Origin: Candidatus Margulisiibacteriota bacterium
GTDB lineage: Bacteria; Margulisbacteria; WOR-1; JAKLHX01
Assembly (NCBI GenBank): GCA_041650595.1
Contig: JBAZKW010000003.1
Location: forward strand, 44,843 to 108,842
Length of the DNA: 64,000 nt
Direction: 5' to 3'
Shown here: one piece after another, positions 17,795 to 26,554 of the stretch
How positions within the stretch are numbered: position 1 is the stretch's first letter
Layout: the number at the start of each line of letters is the position of its first letter
Translations under genes and position numbers: made by a program
Notes under the pieces: generated by a model
The model's database searches: none
Told to the model about the DNA's origin: nothing
The model's input: only the letters and a program-made list of their open reading frames with translations

Positions 17795-17864
17795 GCGCTG
17801 AAGAACTGAAGGCTGAAGTGCTGAAGTCCAAACATGCACTTCTTCAGAGCTTCAGCTCTTCAGC
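17795..17864. repeat. Inverted array of CTGAAG/CTTCAG units
   Basis: GCTGAAGAACTGAAGGCTGAAGTGCTGAAGT ... ACTTCTTCAGAGCTTCAGCTCTTCAGC in the yjbQ/pyrK divergent spacer. Confidence 0.8.
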
Positions 17865-17887
17865 TCTATTATGTTAGAATTATACCA

Positions 17888-18682
17888 ATGATCTACCAGG
17901 AAAAATGCACGGTCCTTGAGAACATCAAGATCGCCCCTGATTATTTTAGATTGACCGTTTCTTCAAGAAATATAAATAAAAACGCTAAACCGGGACAATT
18001 TGTACAAATACAGGTATCGGATTCCCATACGCCGTTGTTGCGCAGGCCATTCAGCCTCCACAAAATAAACGATACCGGATTCACAATAATATATCACGTA
18101 ATCGGCAAGGGAACAAAGATACTGTCGGAGATTCATGTAAAAGCAGGTCGGGGCCTGCCTGTTTTGGATATAATCGGCCCGTTGGGCAATGGTTTTGCTA
18201 TCGAAGAAGACAAGATCGCAATACTTATCGCCGGCGGATGCGGAAGCGCGCCGCTATATTCCCTTGAAGAAGAATTGAAAAAGAAAGGTATTGAATCACA
18301 CTTTTTCATGGGAGCTACCACAAAGAATCTTTTGCTGTGCGGAGCCGATTTCGCCAAAATAGGCACAAAGCTATATATTTCCACAGATGACGGCTCCTGC
18401 GGCGAAAAATGCACCGTTTCAGCGCTTTATTCCTCCTATATAAAGACCCTTGACCCGAAAAAATGCATCATATACACCTGCGGGCCCAAAGCCATGATGA
18501 AAGCCGTAAGTGAAATTGCCGAAAAGAACGATATGCCATGCCAGGTATCGATTGAAGAATATATGGCATGCGGTATAGGTGCATGCCTGGGCTGTATGGT
18601 AGAAACCACCTCCGGAAATAAACGCGTATGCAAGGACGGTCCGGTATTTGATTCAAAGGAAATAATATGGCCATTAATTTAG
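17888..18682 (+). CDS. pyrK: Dihydroorotate dehydrogenase electron-transfer subunit PyrK
   Basis: FAD/NAD-binding fold and a C-terminal 2Fe-2S cysteine cluster (CGIGACLGC...RVCKDGPVF). It overlaps pyrD. Confidence 0.85.
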   Translation: MIYQEKCTVLENIKIAPDYFRLTVSSRNINKNAKPGQFVQIQVSDSHTPLLRRPFSLHKINDTGFTIIYHVIGKGTKILSEIHVKAGRGLPVLDIIGPLGNGFAIEEDKIAILIAGGCGSAPLYSLEEELKKKGIESHFFMGATTKNLLLCGADFAKIGTKLYISTDDGSCGEKCTVSALYSSYIKTLDPKKCIIYTCGPKAMMKAVSEIAEKNDMPCQVSIEEYMACGIGACLGCMVETTSGNKRVCKDGPVFDSKEIIWPLI

Positions 18683-19497
18683 CCGGGCTTAAGATGAAAA
18701 ATCCGGTAACTGTCGCGTCTGGGACTTTTGGGTTCGGCCTGGAGTTCGCGGACCTGGTCCCGCTTCACAAGCTCGGGGCCATAACAACAAAGACGTTGAC
18801 CATAAAACCAAGAAAAGGCAATCCCCAGCCGCGACTTATGGAAGTTGAGAACGGTCTTGTTAATTCTATCGGGCTTCAAAATGACGGGGTCGAATACTTT
18901 ATTGCAAATTATTTGCCCGAGCTGAAAAAGATACAAACTTCTCTGATCGTAAATATTGCCGGTGAAACCGTCGAGGAGTACGTGGCGACAGTGGAAATAC
19001 TTTGCAGGCAGGAAGGAATAAACGCTATCGAAGTAAATATCTCCTGCCCTAATGTAAAAAAGGGCTGTATAGCCTTTGGCAAAGACCCTGTCATGACAAA
19101 AGAGGTCATTTCCGCGGTACGGGAGGTTTGTAAGCTGCCGTTGATAGCAAAGCTCACACCAAATGTCTCTGACATAACGGTAATAGCAAGAGCGGCTTTA
19201 GACGGAGGAGCTGATATTCTTTCTATGATAAACACAGTCCAGCATACGGTCACCATCCCGGACAAAAATCAGTTAATAACCGGCGGGCTTTCCGGTCCGA
19301 CCATAAAACCCACGGCTTTAAGACTGATAAACCAGGTGCGGGCTGCTTTCCCGGGAATTCCGATCATCGGGATGGGCGGTATAATGGGTATAAAAGATGC
19401 CAAAGATTTTTTCGCGGCCGGCGCAAATGCGATCGCGGTCGGTACGGCCAACTTTGTAGACCCGCGGATAGTGATCGGGATTATCGACAGCTTGTAG
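18667..19497 (+). CDS. pyrD: Dihydroorotate dehydrogenase (class 1B) catalytic subunit PyrD
   Basis: LKMKNPVTVASGTFGFG, NISCPNVK, and GGI..G.DA.EF...GA.AV.VGTA. Confidence 0.9.
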   Translation: MAINLAGLKMKNPVTVASGTFGFGLEFADLVPLHKLGAITTKTLTIKPRKGNPQPRLMEVENGLVNSIGLQNDGVEYFIANYLPELKKIQTSLIVNIAGETVEEYVATVEILCRQEGINAIEVNISCPNVKKGCIAFGKDPVMTKEVISAVREVCKLPLIAKLTPNVSDITVIARAALDGGADILSMINTVQHTVTIPDKNQLITGGLSGPTIKPTALRLINQVRAAFPGIPIIGMGGIMGIKDAKDFFAAGANAIAVGTANFVDPRIVIGIIDSL

Positions 19498-19580
19498 TCA
19501 TTGCGAGCGAAGCGAAGCAATCCCATAGTACTTTGGGATTGCTTCATCGTCCCGATCGGATCGGGACTCCTCGCAATGAC
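19497..19580. repeat. Nested inverted-repeat element family B (GTCATTGCGAG ... CTCGCAATGAC), copy 1
   Basis: Outer stem GTCATTGCGAG/CTCGCAATGAC, inner stem GAAGCAATCCCA/TGGGATTGCTTC, extra hairpin CCCGATCGGATCGGG. Confidence 0.9.
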
Positions 19581-19631
19581 AGGTAATCCGATTTCTTGAC
19601 TATCTTCTCTCTAAAATGCTAATATCTCGGT

Positions 19632-20423
19632 ATGTTCTTTAACCCTTTCAGAAAGAAAAAAGTCGGGCTCGCCCTGTCGGGCGGCGGTGCGCGCGGGTTG
19701 GCTCATATAGGCGTCTTAAAAGTACTCCACGATCACAGGATCCCCATTGATTATATCGCCGGCACCAGTTCCGGGTCCCTCATCGGATCGCTCTACGCCG
19801 GCGGCGTGAACATAACCACACTGATGGAAATAGCCGGCAAGGTAAAATGGAAACATTTTTTCAGGATCGTGCTTTCAAAGACAGGCCTTGTATCCAGCGA
19901 AGAGATAGAAAAATTTGTAATAAGTTTGATAGGTAAAAAAACCTTTCCGGAAATGGAGATCCCGTTTTCGGCTGTTGCGACGGACATCTCTACCGGAGAA
20001 AAACTTGTCCTCAACAAGGGAGAGGTCTACAAAGCCGTACGGGCTTCCTGCTCTTTTCCTTGGATGTACATACCGCTCAAGACCGAACATCACCTGCTAG
20101 TGGACGGAGTGCTCAAAGAAAACCTCCCCTCTCATACCGTAAGACAAATGGGTGCGGATTTTGTGATCGGCGTCGATGTCATACCCCGCGTAAATAAAGT
20201 CGATTGTTTCAATAATGTACTTGAGATATTTGACAGGGCCCTGGATCTTTTCATTTTAAACCAGACCAAAGATTCCATAAAGGATTGTAATATATTAATA
20301 ACCCCGGTAAAAGAGAAACTCACTTCTCTTGAATTAGACAGGGCGCAGTATCTGGTGGAATTGGGAGAAGAAGCCGCAAAACAGGCGCTCCCTAAAATAA
20401 AAGCATCTCTCGGACTTGCTTAA
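19632..20423 (+). CDS. Patatin-like phospholipase
   Basis: GLALSGGGARG oxyanion motif and GTSSGS nucleophile elbow. TTGACT-N18-TAATAT ends 6 nt before the ATG. Confidence 0.85.
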   Translation: MFFNPFRKKKVGLALSGGGARGLAHIGVLKVLHDHRIPIDYIAGTSSGSLIGSLYAGGVNITTLMEIAGKVKWKHFFRIVLSKTGLVSSEEIEKFVISLIGKKTFPEMEIPFSAVATDISTGEKLVLNKGEVYKAVRASCSFPWMYIPLKTEHHLLVDGVLKENLPSHTVRQMGADFVIGVDVIPRVNKVDCFNNVLEIFDRALDLFILNQTKDSIKDCNILITPVKEKLTSLELDRAQYLVELGEEAAKQALPKIKASLGLA

Positions 20424-21331
20424 TTATATCTGTTCTTTGTCGCCCGTTCGATCATCTTTGCTTTTTCGATAAGATAAGGATCCAGCCCGTCCTGCTCCAA
20501 CACTTCTTCAAACAGCCTTTGTGCTTTTTCCTTTTTTGATATTTCCGCAAGCACCAGCTTGGCGCGGGCGGTCAAATCTTTGTGGACAGGAGAAATAATG
20601 GCTTTTTCACAAAGATTTTCTGCCTTGTGAAGATCAGAGGAAGAACCTCGTCTGGCTAGAAGCTCGGCCTCGATCACTCTTGCCTTTACTGCAAAATAAT
20701 CCAGCGGGCGCTCTGAAAAAATGCCGAGAGCTTCTTCGCACATTTTAATGCCGTTAGAAATAGAGTCTACGCCGAAATAAAGTGCCAGCTCGGCTTTCCC
20801 TGTCATTGCGCGCGCCCTAAAATACGGATGAGCTTTTTTATTGCCGACAAGTTTGCTGAAAAGGCGGGTAGCATCCTTTATTTCTTTCCGTCCTCCTTTT
20901 TTTACCAGCAATTCGGCTTCGACCGCTAAACATTTGGCTACAAAGAAATCATCGAGCTTGCCCTTGAGAAGGGAACAGCCCTCTTTGCAGAGCTTTATGG
21001 CCTCATCCTCGCTCATCTTGGCCACACCCGAAATTGTTAGTTCGGCCTTGCCTATCATTGAACGGCCTTTGAGCATCTGGTTCCTCGTCTTAGCGATGAT
21101 AAAGTTGTAGTAAGAGAGCGCCTCCTTGTAATCTTCGTCCTCGCCCCTGGCTACAAGAAGGTCTGAAAGAGCAAACTTTATATCGTCCATGTGCTCTTTC
21201 CATTTTTGGGCCTTTGAAAGCAGCTTGTACCGGCCTATGGCCTTGTTTATCTTGGTCTTGGCGGACGGCGACGGATAGCTCTCCTCTTCTTCGACCACTT
21301 TTTTCATTATCGGCGAAAGTATTCCGATCAT
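20420..21331 (-). CDS. Hypothetical helical-repeat (TPR-like) protein
   Basis: 303-aa ORF with repeated A..L.....G motifs (AELLVKKG, AELLARRG). No specific family recognised. Confidence 0.5.
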   Translation of the reverse strand: MIGILSPIMKKVVEEEESYPSPSAKTKINKAIGRYKLLSKAQKWKEHMDDIKFALSDLLVARGEDEDYKEALSYYNFIIAKTRNQMLKGRSMIGKAELTISGVAKMSEDEAIKLCKEGCSLLKGKLDDFFVAKCLAVEAELLVKKGGRKEIKDATRLFSKLVGNKKAHPYFRARAMTGKAELALYFGVDSISNGIKMCEEALGIFSERPLDYFAVKARVIEAELLARRGSSSDLHKAENLCEKAIISPVHKDLTARAKLVLAEISKKEKAQRLFEEVLEQDGLDPYLIEKAKMIERATKNRYN

Positions 21332-21334
21332 TTT

Positions 21335-22612
21335 TCAGCTCTCCATTCCTACCCGGATCACGCTGCCTACTTCTTTTATCGCGGACAATCCGGAAATTTT
21401 TTTTATCGCGTCCGAAAAGTTCCTGGCATTAACGTTATGAGTAATTATAACAATTGTAGCAGCATTATCAATCGTTTCTTTCTGCAGAGCGCTTTTTATG
21501 CTCACGTTCTTTTCTCCGAAGGCCCCCGCAATGGCGGCAAGAACCCCCGGCTTGTCATCTGCTCTCAGCCTGATATAATACTTGCCTTCGATATCGTCAG
21601 CGTTTTTTACTTTAATTTCTTTCAGCTCCGGATAATACGGTATGCCGTTTGCCGAAGCGATCTCGATGATGTCCGCTATCGCCGCGGAAGCCGTCGGCAG
21701 GCTTCCCGCCCCTTCCCCGTAGAACATCACCTGCCCTACCGCGCTTCCTTTTACATAGATCGCATTAAAAGCGTCTTTTACCGCAGATAGAGGGTGAAAA
21801 GCGCTTATCAAAGTGGGATGGACGCTTACATCTATAAAATTCCCGTCCCGTTTTGCCACGGCAAGAAGCTTTATTACATAACCCATGTCTCTTGCAAACT
21901 CCACATCCTCTAGCGAGACCTTATTTATCCCTTCAAACGGTACGTCCTCCCATTTTATCTTTGCGTCAAAAGCAGCGGAAGCCAGTATCGCCGCTTTATA
22001 AGAGGCATCATAGCCCTCTATATCGTTCTTGGGATCTTTTTCGGCAAACCCTCTCTCCTGTGCCAGTTTTAGGGCCTGCGAAAACTCCATGTTCTCTTCG
22101 GTCATCCTGGAAAGTATATAGTTCGTGGTGCCGTTTACTATACCGAATATCTCTTCTATCCTGTTAGCGGAAAGTCCTTGGCGCAGCTGACTTAGTATTG
22201 GGATGCCGCCGCCCACGGAACCTTCAAAAAGCACCCGGAGCGATCTTTCTCTTGCCAGAGTAAGTATTTTTTGTCCGTGTTTTGCTATGAGCTCTTTGTT
22301 GGTAGTAACAAAATGTTTTCCCGCTTTGAGACTGGCCAAAGCAAAATCCAGAGCCGGTTTTTCTCCTCCTATTGCTTCGACCACTATAGAAATAGACGGA
22401 TCGTTAATGATCTCATAGGCGTCCTTGGTGAGAAGATCCGCACCGACTCCGGCATCTTTTCCTCTCGAAAGATCGATATCGGCAATTTTTGCTATTTCTA
22501 TGGAGATCCCTGTCTTATCCTTGATATAGCCGGCATCCTTCTTCAGGACAGAGACGATCCCCCGGCCCACGGTTCCAAGCCCTATTAATCCTATTTTAAT
22601 ATCTTTTTTCAT
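21335..22612 (-). CDS. hom: Homoserine dehydrogenase
   Basis: IGLIGLGTVG NAD motif, central catalytic domain and a C-terminal ACT domain. Start set at MKKDIKIG because the upstream extension translates a repeat. Confidence 0.9.
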   Translation of the reverse strand: MKKDIKIGLIGLGTVGRGIVSVLKKDAGYIKDKTGISIEIAKIADIDLSRGKDAGVGADLLTKDAYEIINDPSISIVVEAIGGEKPALDFALASLKAGKHFVTTNKELIAKHGQKILTLARERSLRVLFEGSVGGGIPILSQLRQGLSANRIEEIFGIVNGTTNYILSRMTEENMEFSQALKLAQERGFAEKDPKNDIEGYDASYKAAILASAAFDAKIKWEDVPFEGINKVSLEDVEFARDMGYVIKLLAVAKRDGNFIDVSVHPTLISAFHPLSAVKDAFNAIYVKGSAVGQVMFYGEGAGSLPTASAAIADIIEIASANGIPYYPELKEIKVKNADDIEGKYYIRLRADDKPGVLAAIAGAFGEKNVSIKSALQKETIDNAATIVIITHNVNARNFSDAIKKISGLSAIKEVGSVIRVGMES

Positions 22613-22622
22613 ATTACATTTT

Positions 22623-22649
22623 CCGTACGGGCCGGTCGCGACCGGCCCC
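22623..22649. repeat. Palindrome family E (CCGTACGGGCSGGTCGCGACCSGCCCC), copy 1
   Basis: GGGCCGGTCGCGACCGGCCC palindrome between prs and hom. Confidence 0.85.
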
Positions 22650-22657
22650 AACATTTT

Positions 22658-23611
22658 TTAATCGAACAGCGAACTTATAGACAGATTGTCAAATGCTCTT
22701 TTTATCGCTTCTCCAAAAAGAGGCGCGACGGACAGGACTTTGAGCGCCGGGAACTGTTTTTCTTTTGGTACAGGGATCGAATCGGTGACGATGCATTCTT
22801 TGATCCCGACCTTTGTTATCCGCTCGACCGCCGGATCCGACAATAAAGGGTGGGTTGCCATCAGATAAATATCTTCTTCAGCCCCAAGCTCAAGAAGGGT
22901 CTTTACACCGTTTGTCGCCGTGCCCGCAGTATCGATCATATCATCTACAATTATCACGGTTTTGCCTTTTACGTCTCCGACGACATGGGTCACCTCAGAC
23001 TTGCTGTGCTCCGGCCTCTGTTTGTGGATTATCGCAAGAGGCGCGCCTATCCTGTCAGCCAGTTTTTTTGAGGTCTTTGCCCTGCCCGTATCAGGAGCGA
23101 CGATCACCGGGTTCTTCAGGTTTTTGCTCTTTAGATAGCTTGCGAACAGCGGCATTGCCGTTAGATTATCAACCGGAATATTAAAAAATCCCTGTATCTG
23201 GTCGGAATGCATATCTATGGTAATAACCCTGGTCACGCCGGCGGCAGTCAAAAGGTCCGCGATAAGTTTGGCGGATATCGGTTCGCGTGAGGCCGCTTTG
23301 CGGTCCTGCCTGGCATAAGGCAGGTGCGGTATGACGGCGGTTATGCTCCTGCAGGAGGCCCTTTTCATGGCATCGATCATTATAAGGAGCTCCATTATGT
23401 CTTCGTTCACATTATTCGATCCCGTCTGGACCAGGAATACTGATTTGCCGCGCACATTATCCTTTATCCTTGTGTATATCTCGCCGGAAGGGAATTTTGA
23501 GACTATAAGCCCCCCAAGTTTGATACCCAGGTAATCCGCCACTGCGGAAGCAAACATAGGAGCCGATGTCCCCGAAAATAACATCAAGGAATTATTATTG
23601 TCACTGGTCAT
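22658..23611 (-). CDS. prs: Ribose-phosphate pyrophosphokinase
   Basis: Full-length Prs (PYARQDRK; PRPP-binding VIIVDDMIDTAGT). Confidence 0.95.
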   Translation of the reverse strand: MTSDNNNSLMLFSGTSAPMFASAVADYLGIKLGGLIVSKFPSGEIYTRIKDNVRGKSVFLVQTGSNNVNEDIMELLIMIDAMKRASCRSITAVIPHLPYARQDRKAASREPISAKLIADLLTAAGVTRVITIDMHSDQIQGFFNIPVDNLTAMPLFASYLKSKNLKNPVIVAPDTGRAKTSKKLADRIGAPLAIIHKQRPEHSKSEVTHVVGDVKGKTVIIVDDMIDTAGTATNGVKTLLELGAEEDIYLMATHPLLSDPAVERITKVGIKECIVTDSIPVPKEKQFPALKVLSVAPLFGEAIKRAFDNLSISSLFD

Positions 23612-23630
23612 TTACATCTCCTTTTTTTTC

Positions 23631-23726
23631 GTCATTGCGAGGAGTCCTGAGCCTGTCGAAGGACGACGAAGCAATCCCATTGTCTTCGGGATAGCTTCGC
23701 CCCGACTTGTCGGGGCTCGCAATGAC
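23631..23726. repeat. Nested inverted-repeat element family B, copy 2
   Basis: GTCATTGCGAGGAGTCCTGAGCCTGTCGAAGG...GAAGCAATCCCA...CCCGACTTGTCGGGGCTCGCAATGAC between miaB and prs. Confidence 0.85.
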
Positions 23727-23735
23727 TCTATTATA

Positions 23736-25034
23736 TCAACCTAAAAGCTCTCCCTGCAATACCCAGGATTTCGCCGAAGTGATCCTGACACTTATAAAAG
23801 AACCGGGTTTTATCTCTTTATCTTTGAATCTCACTATTTTGTTGGTCCTGGTCCTGCCTATGCCCGCCGCCTCTACAAGTATCTCATGCTCTGAGCCCAA
23901 AAGCGACTGGTTTTTCTTGTGAGTCATCCGCTCGACCGTACGCATCAAAGCCTGGAGCCTTTTGCTTATCGTATCTTTTGGTAGCTGCCCGTTCATCCCG
24001 GCGGCATAAGTTCCGGGCCTCGGATCAAAGGCAAGAGTATTTACAGTGTCAAATTCCAGTTTCTCTATATTTTTCAAAGTATTCCGGAATTGCCCGTCCG
24101 TTTCTCCGGGAAATCCGGCGATAACATCTGAAGTTATTGCCGCTGCGGGGATTTTATCCCTTATTCTCTTTATCAGAGAAAAATAATATGCCATATCATA
24201 ACCGCGGTTCATGGATTTTAACACATTATCATCTCCGCTCTGAAGAGGAAGGTGGAAATACTCGCAGATCTTTTCATTGCCGGCCACGGCATCGATTATT
24301 TCATCGCTCATGTCCCTCGGATGTGACGTCATGAACCTGATCCTTGATATCCCGTCAATCTTTGAGACTTCTTTTAACAGTTCTGCAAGGCCGAATTCAT
24401 AAGAATTAACGTTTTGTCCAAGCAGCGTCACTTCCTTAAAGATATTTTTATCCAGGCTCTTGATCTCTTTGATAATATCAGCAAGAGGCCGGCTTTTCTC
24501 TCTCCCGCGCACGTACGGAACGATACAATATGAACAGAAATTATTACACCCTTCCATTATCGTGACCCAGGCATTAACGGAATTTTCTCTTTTGGCAAGG
24601 GAGGAATCTTTGAAATTTTGGGAATCTCCAACCCTCATCCCTCCTCTCGACGGCACATAGAGCTCCCCTCTCCCAGAGGGAGAGGGGTTGGGGGTGAGGG
24701 CTGCTATCTCCCCTTCCATATTCGGCCCAAGGACAAAATCCACAAACTTGTATTTTTTCAGAAGCTCCTCTCCCATCCTCTCGGCCATACAGCCGACGAC
24801 CCCGATCAGCAGATTTTCATTTTTTTTCTTGAGATGAACAAGGTCAGCAATAAACCCCCTGGCTTTTCTTTCGGCGCCGTCCCGGACGGAACATGTGTTT
24901 GTAATGATAATATCGGCGTTTTCCGGGATCTTTGCTTCTTTGTATCCTTTTTCTTCAAGGATCCCGGCGATTATCTCGGAATCGTTCTCGTTCATCTGAC
25001 AGCCGTATGTCTTAATAAAATATTGTGGGAACAT
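23736..25034 (-). CDS. miaB: tRNA (i6A37) methylthiotransferase MiaB, carrying an in-frame repeat insertion
   Basis: YGCQMN N-terminus, radical-SAM CNNFCSYC and a TRAM C-terminus. The linker contains ALTPNPSPSGRGELYVPSRGG, encoded by repeat family C. Confidence 0.9.
   Translation of the reverse strand: MFPQYFIKTYGCQMNENDSEIIAGILEEKGYKEAKIPENADIIITNTCSVRDGAERKARGFIADLVHLKKKNENLLIGVVGCMAERMGEELLKKYKFVDFVLGPNMEGEIAALTPNPSPSGRGELYVPSRGGMRVGDSQNFKDSSLAKRENSVNAWVTIMEGCNNFCSYCIVPYVRGREKSRPLADIIKEIKSLDKNIFKEVTLLGQNVNSYEFGLAELLKEVSKIDGISRIRFMTSHPRDMSDEIIDAVAGNEKICEYFHLPLQSGDDNVLKSMNRGYDMAYYFSLIKRIRDKIPAAAITSDVIAGFPGETDGQFRNTLKNIEKLEFDTVNTLAFDPRPGTYAAGMNGQLPKDTISKRLQALMRTVERMTHKKNQSLLGSEHEILVEAAGIGRTRTNKIVRFKDKEIKPGSFISVRITSAKSWVLQGELLG
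24665..24701. repeat. Palindrome family C (CCCCTCTCCC-N3-GGGAGAGGGG plus GGGGTGAGGG), copy inside miaB
   Basis: CCCCTCTCCCAGAGGGAGAGGGGTTGGGGGTGAGGG. Confidence 0.85.
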
Positions 25035-25118
25035 ATATGCTAATTATAGTGGTAATATCACAAAATCGGTAGGACCTTTTACTCTACTGGCAGGCAAAAA
25101 TACAAGTTCCGTTTGGGA

Positions 25119-25550
25119 TCAGAAACTTCTGCCGAAAGAAAAAGAAACGGTATTGCTGTTATTTAAGTCGTTACCTTCCGGCACACGGTTGTTGTAGTCT
25201 GCTGTGGCCTTAAAAACATATTTGTTGTTTTTGCTGACCGTGTACTCGACCCTGTCGGCATAGGTCCTTCCAGGAAGCAGGCTCGGCGCATTACGTGTGG
25301 CGATCACGTTCGGATCATGTTCGTCCAGTACTATCTGTGTTTTTGAAGAAGGGGATGCTTTGTCACCCTTATTTGTTACGGTAAAAGCGATAACAACTTT
25401 CCCGCTCACTTCAGAACTTGTTATCTTAATTGAGGTGACGGCAAGATCGGGAAGAGGTTTTTTGCTGGATGAAGCGGCAAACAACGGTATCGCGATCGCA
25501 AATATTGACACTGCCAACACAAACCATGCCGTTCTTATTTTGTTTTCCAT
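25119..25550 (-). CDS. Secreted protein with a CARDB-like domain
   Basis: Signal peptide, then DLAVTSIKI...FTVTNKGDKAS, which is typical of CARDB/Ig-like domains. Confidence 0.5.
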   Translation of the reverse strand: MENKIRTAWFVLAVSIFAIAIPLFAASSSKKPLPDLAVTSIKITSSEVSGKVVIAFTVTNKGDKASPSSKTQIVLDEHDPNVIATRNAPSLLPGRTYADRVEYTVSKNNKYVFKATADYNNRVPEGNDLNNSNTVSFSFGRSF

Positions 25551-25624
25551 GTCTGCCTCCTACTATGAATTCACCAACTATAATAGCATTTGACCGGCAG
25601 GAGTATCAATAGAAGTGTTTTATA

Positions 25625-26272
25625 TTAGAAGCGGCCCTTTTTAAAGAACACGACATTCTTGACCGGGATCTCAATGCCCCACCCGAAACTCTGTGCTATA
25701 TAGCGCATTGTTTCTTCTTTGTAAAAGACCACATGGGTAGGGTCGCGTCGGTAATGCCATCTCACAAACATTTCGTCATCTGTCTGAAAACAGGTCATAA
25801 CGGCAAGGAGCGCGCCGGGCTTTAGAAGACTGTCAAGCAGCTTTAATTCTCTCGATGGAGAATGCAGGTGTTCAAAAACCTCGGTACATGTAATAAAATC
25901 ATACTGCTTTTTGAGAAGCTCTTTATCTGGATAAAAGAATGGGTCATACAGATTTACTTTGTGCCCGGCTTCTTCAAGCATTTGAGAAAGCGCCGGCCCT
26001 GTCCCGCAGCCAAAATCAAGGCCTTCCTTGGGAGCGCCCAACCGCTCTATCAAAGGATCGGATAACTTCTTTAAAAATTCGCGGTATCCTATATCCGATG
26101 GATCGTTCTTGTGAAAGGCATATCGTGCTTTTTCTTCCTCGGGCTTTAGCAGGCGGGACGCATCAATGAACGTGGCAAGACACACAGGACATCTGAAATA
26201 ATCATTGCCGTCCGCAGAAACAAATAATTCTGCCTCGGCTCTTTCACAAACGCGGCATTTAGTTGGCGCCAA
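25625..26272 (-). CDS. Class I SAM-dependent methyltransferase with an N-terminal zinc ribbon
   Basis: CRVC...CPVC, then the LDFGCGTG SAM motif. Confidence 0.7.
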   Translation of the reverse strand: MAPTKCRVCERAEAELFVSADGNDYFRCPVCLATFIDASRLLKPEEEKARYAFHKNDPSDIGYREFLKKLSDPLIERLGAPKEGLDFGCGTGPALSQMLEEAGHKVNLYDPFFYPDKELLKKQYDFITCTEVFEHLHSPSRELKLLDSLLKPGALLAVMTCFQTDDEMFVRWHYRRDPTHVVFYKEETMRYIAQSFGWGIEIPVKNVVFFKKGRF

Positions 26273-26543
26273 GGTTTATACCGAATTTAGGCGGTTCCGG
26301 AGCTTCTTTTATAGGACCAAAAGATTTTTCAAAGTTTGATATATTCTCGCCCAGTGCTTTTAAAAATCTCTTCGCATGAGAAGGCGACATGATGATCCTG
26401 GATACCACTTTTCCTGCCGGCGGGTGGACAAAAGCAAAATCCGCAACAAATTCATTTTCGGTATGCGATATCATAGCGATATTGCAGTATTTACCCTCTG
26501 CTGTCTTTTCGTCCAAAGATATGCGTATCTGTTGTTCCGCCAT
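26259..26543 (-). CDS. DUF3467-like small protein
   Basis: AEGKYCNIAMISHTENEFVADFAFVHP...SRIIMSPSHAKRFLKAL. The internal ATG (MAEQQIRI) is preferred. Confidence 0.6.
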   Translation of the reverse strand: MAEQQIRISLDEKTAEGKYCNIAMISHTENEFVADFAFVHPPAGKVVSRIIMSPSHAKRFLKALGENISNFEKSFGPIKEAPEPPKFGINLGAN

Positions 26544-26554
26544 AAAAATCCTCC

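Noticed and set aside
17775-17887. N-terminal extensions of yjbQ, pyrK, hom, leuS, gdhA, DUF3467, the CsaA-like gene and the ORF at 33394 as given in the ORF track
   Set aside because: The extensions translate intergenic repeats or lack ribosome-binding context. Internal ATGs that align with the conserved N-termini of the families were used instead.
19269-19547. 92-aa ORF (MKQSQSTMGLLRFARNDYK...)
   Set aside because: Its N-terminus is simply the translation of repeat family B, and the rest is antisense to pyrD. It is an artefact.
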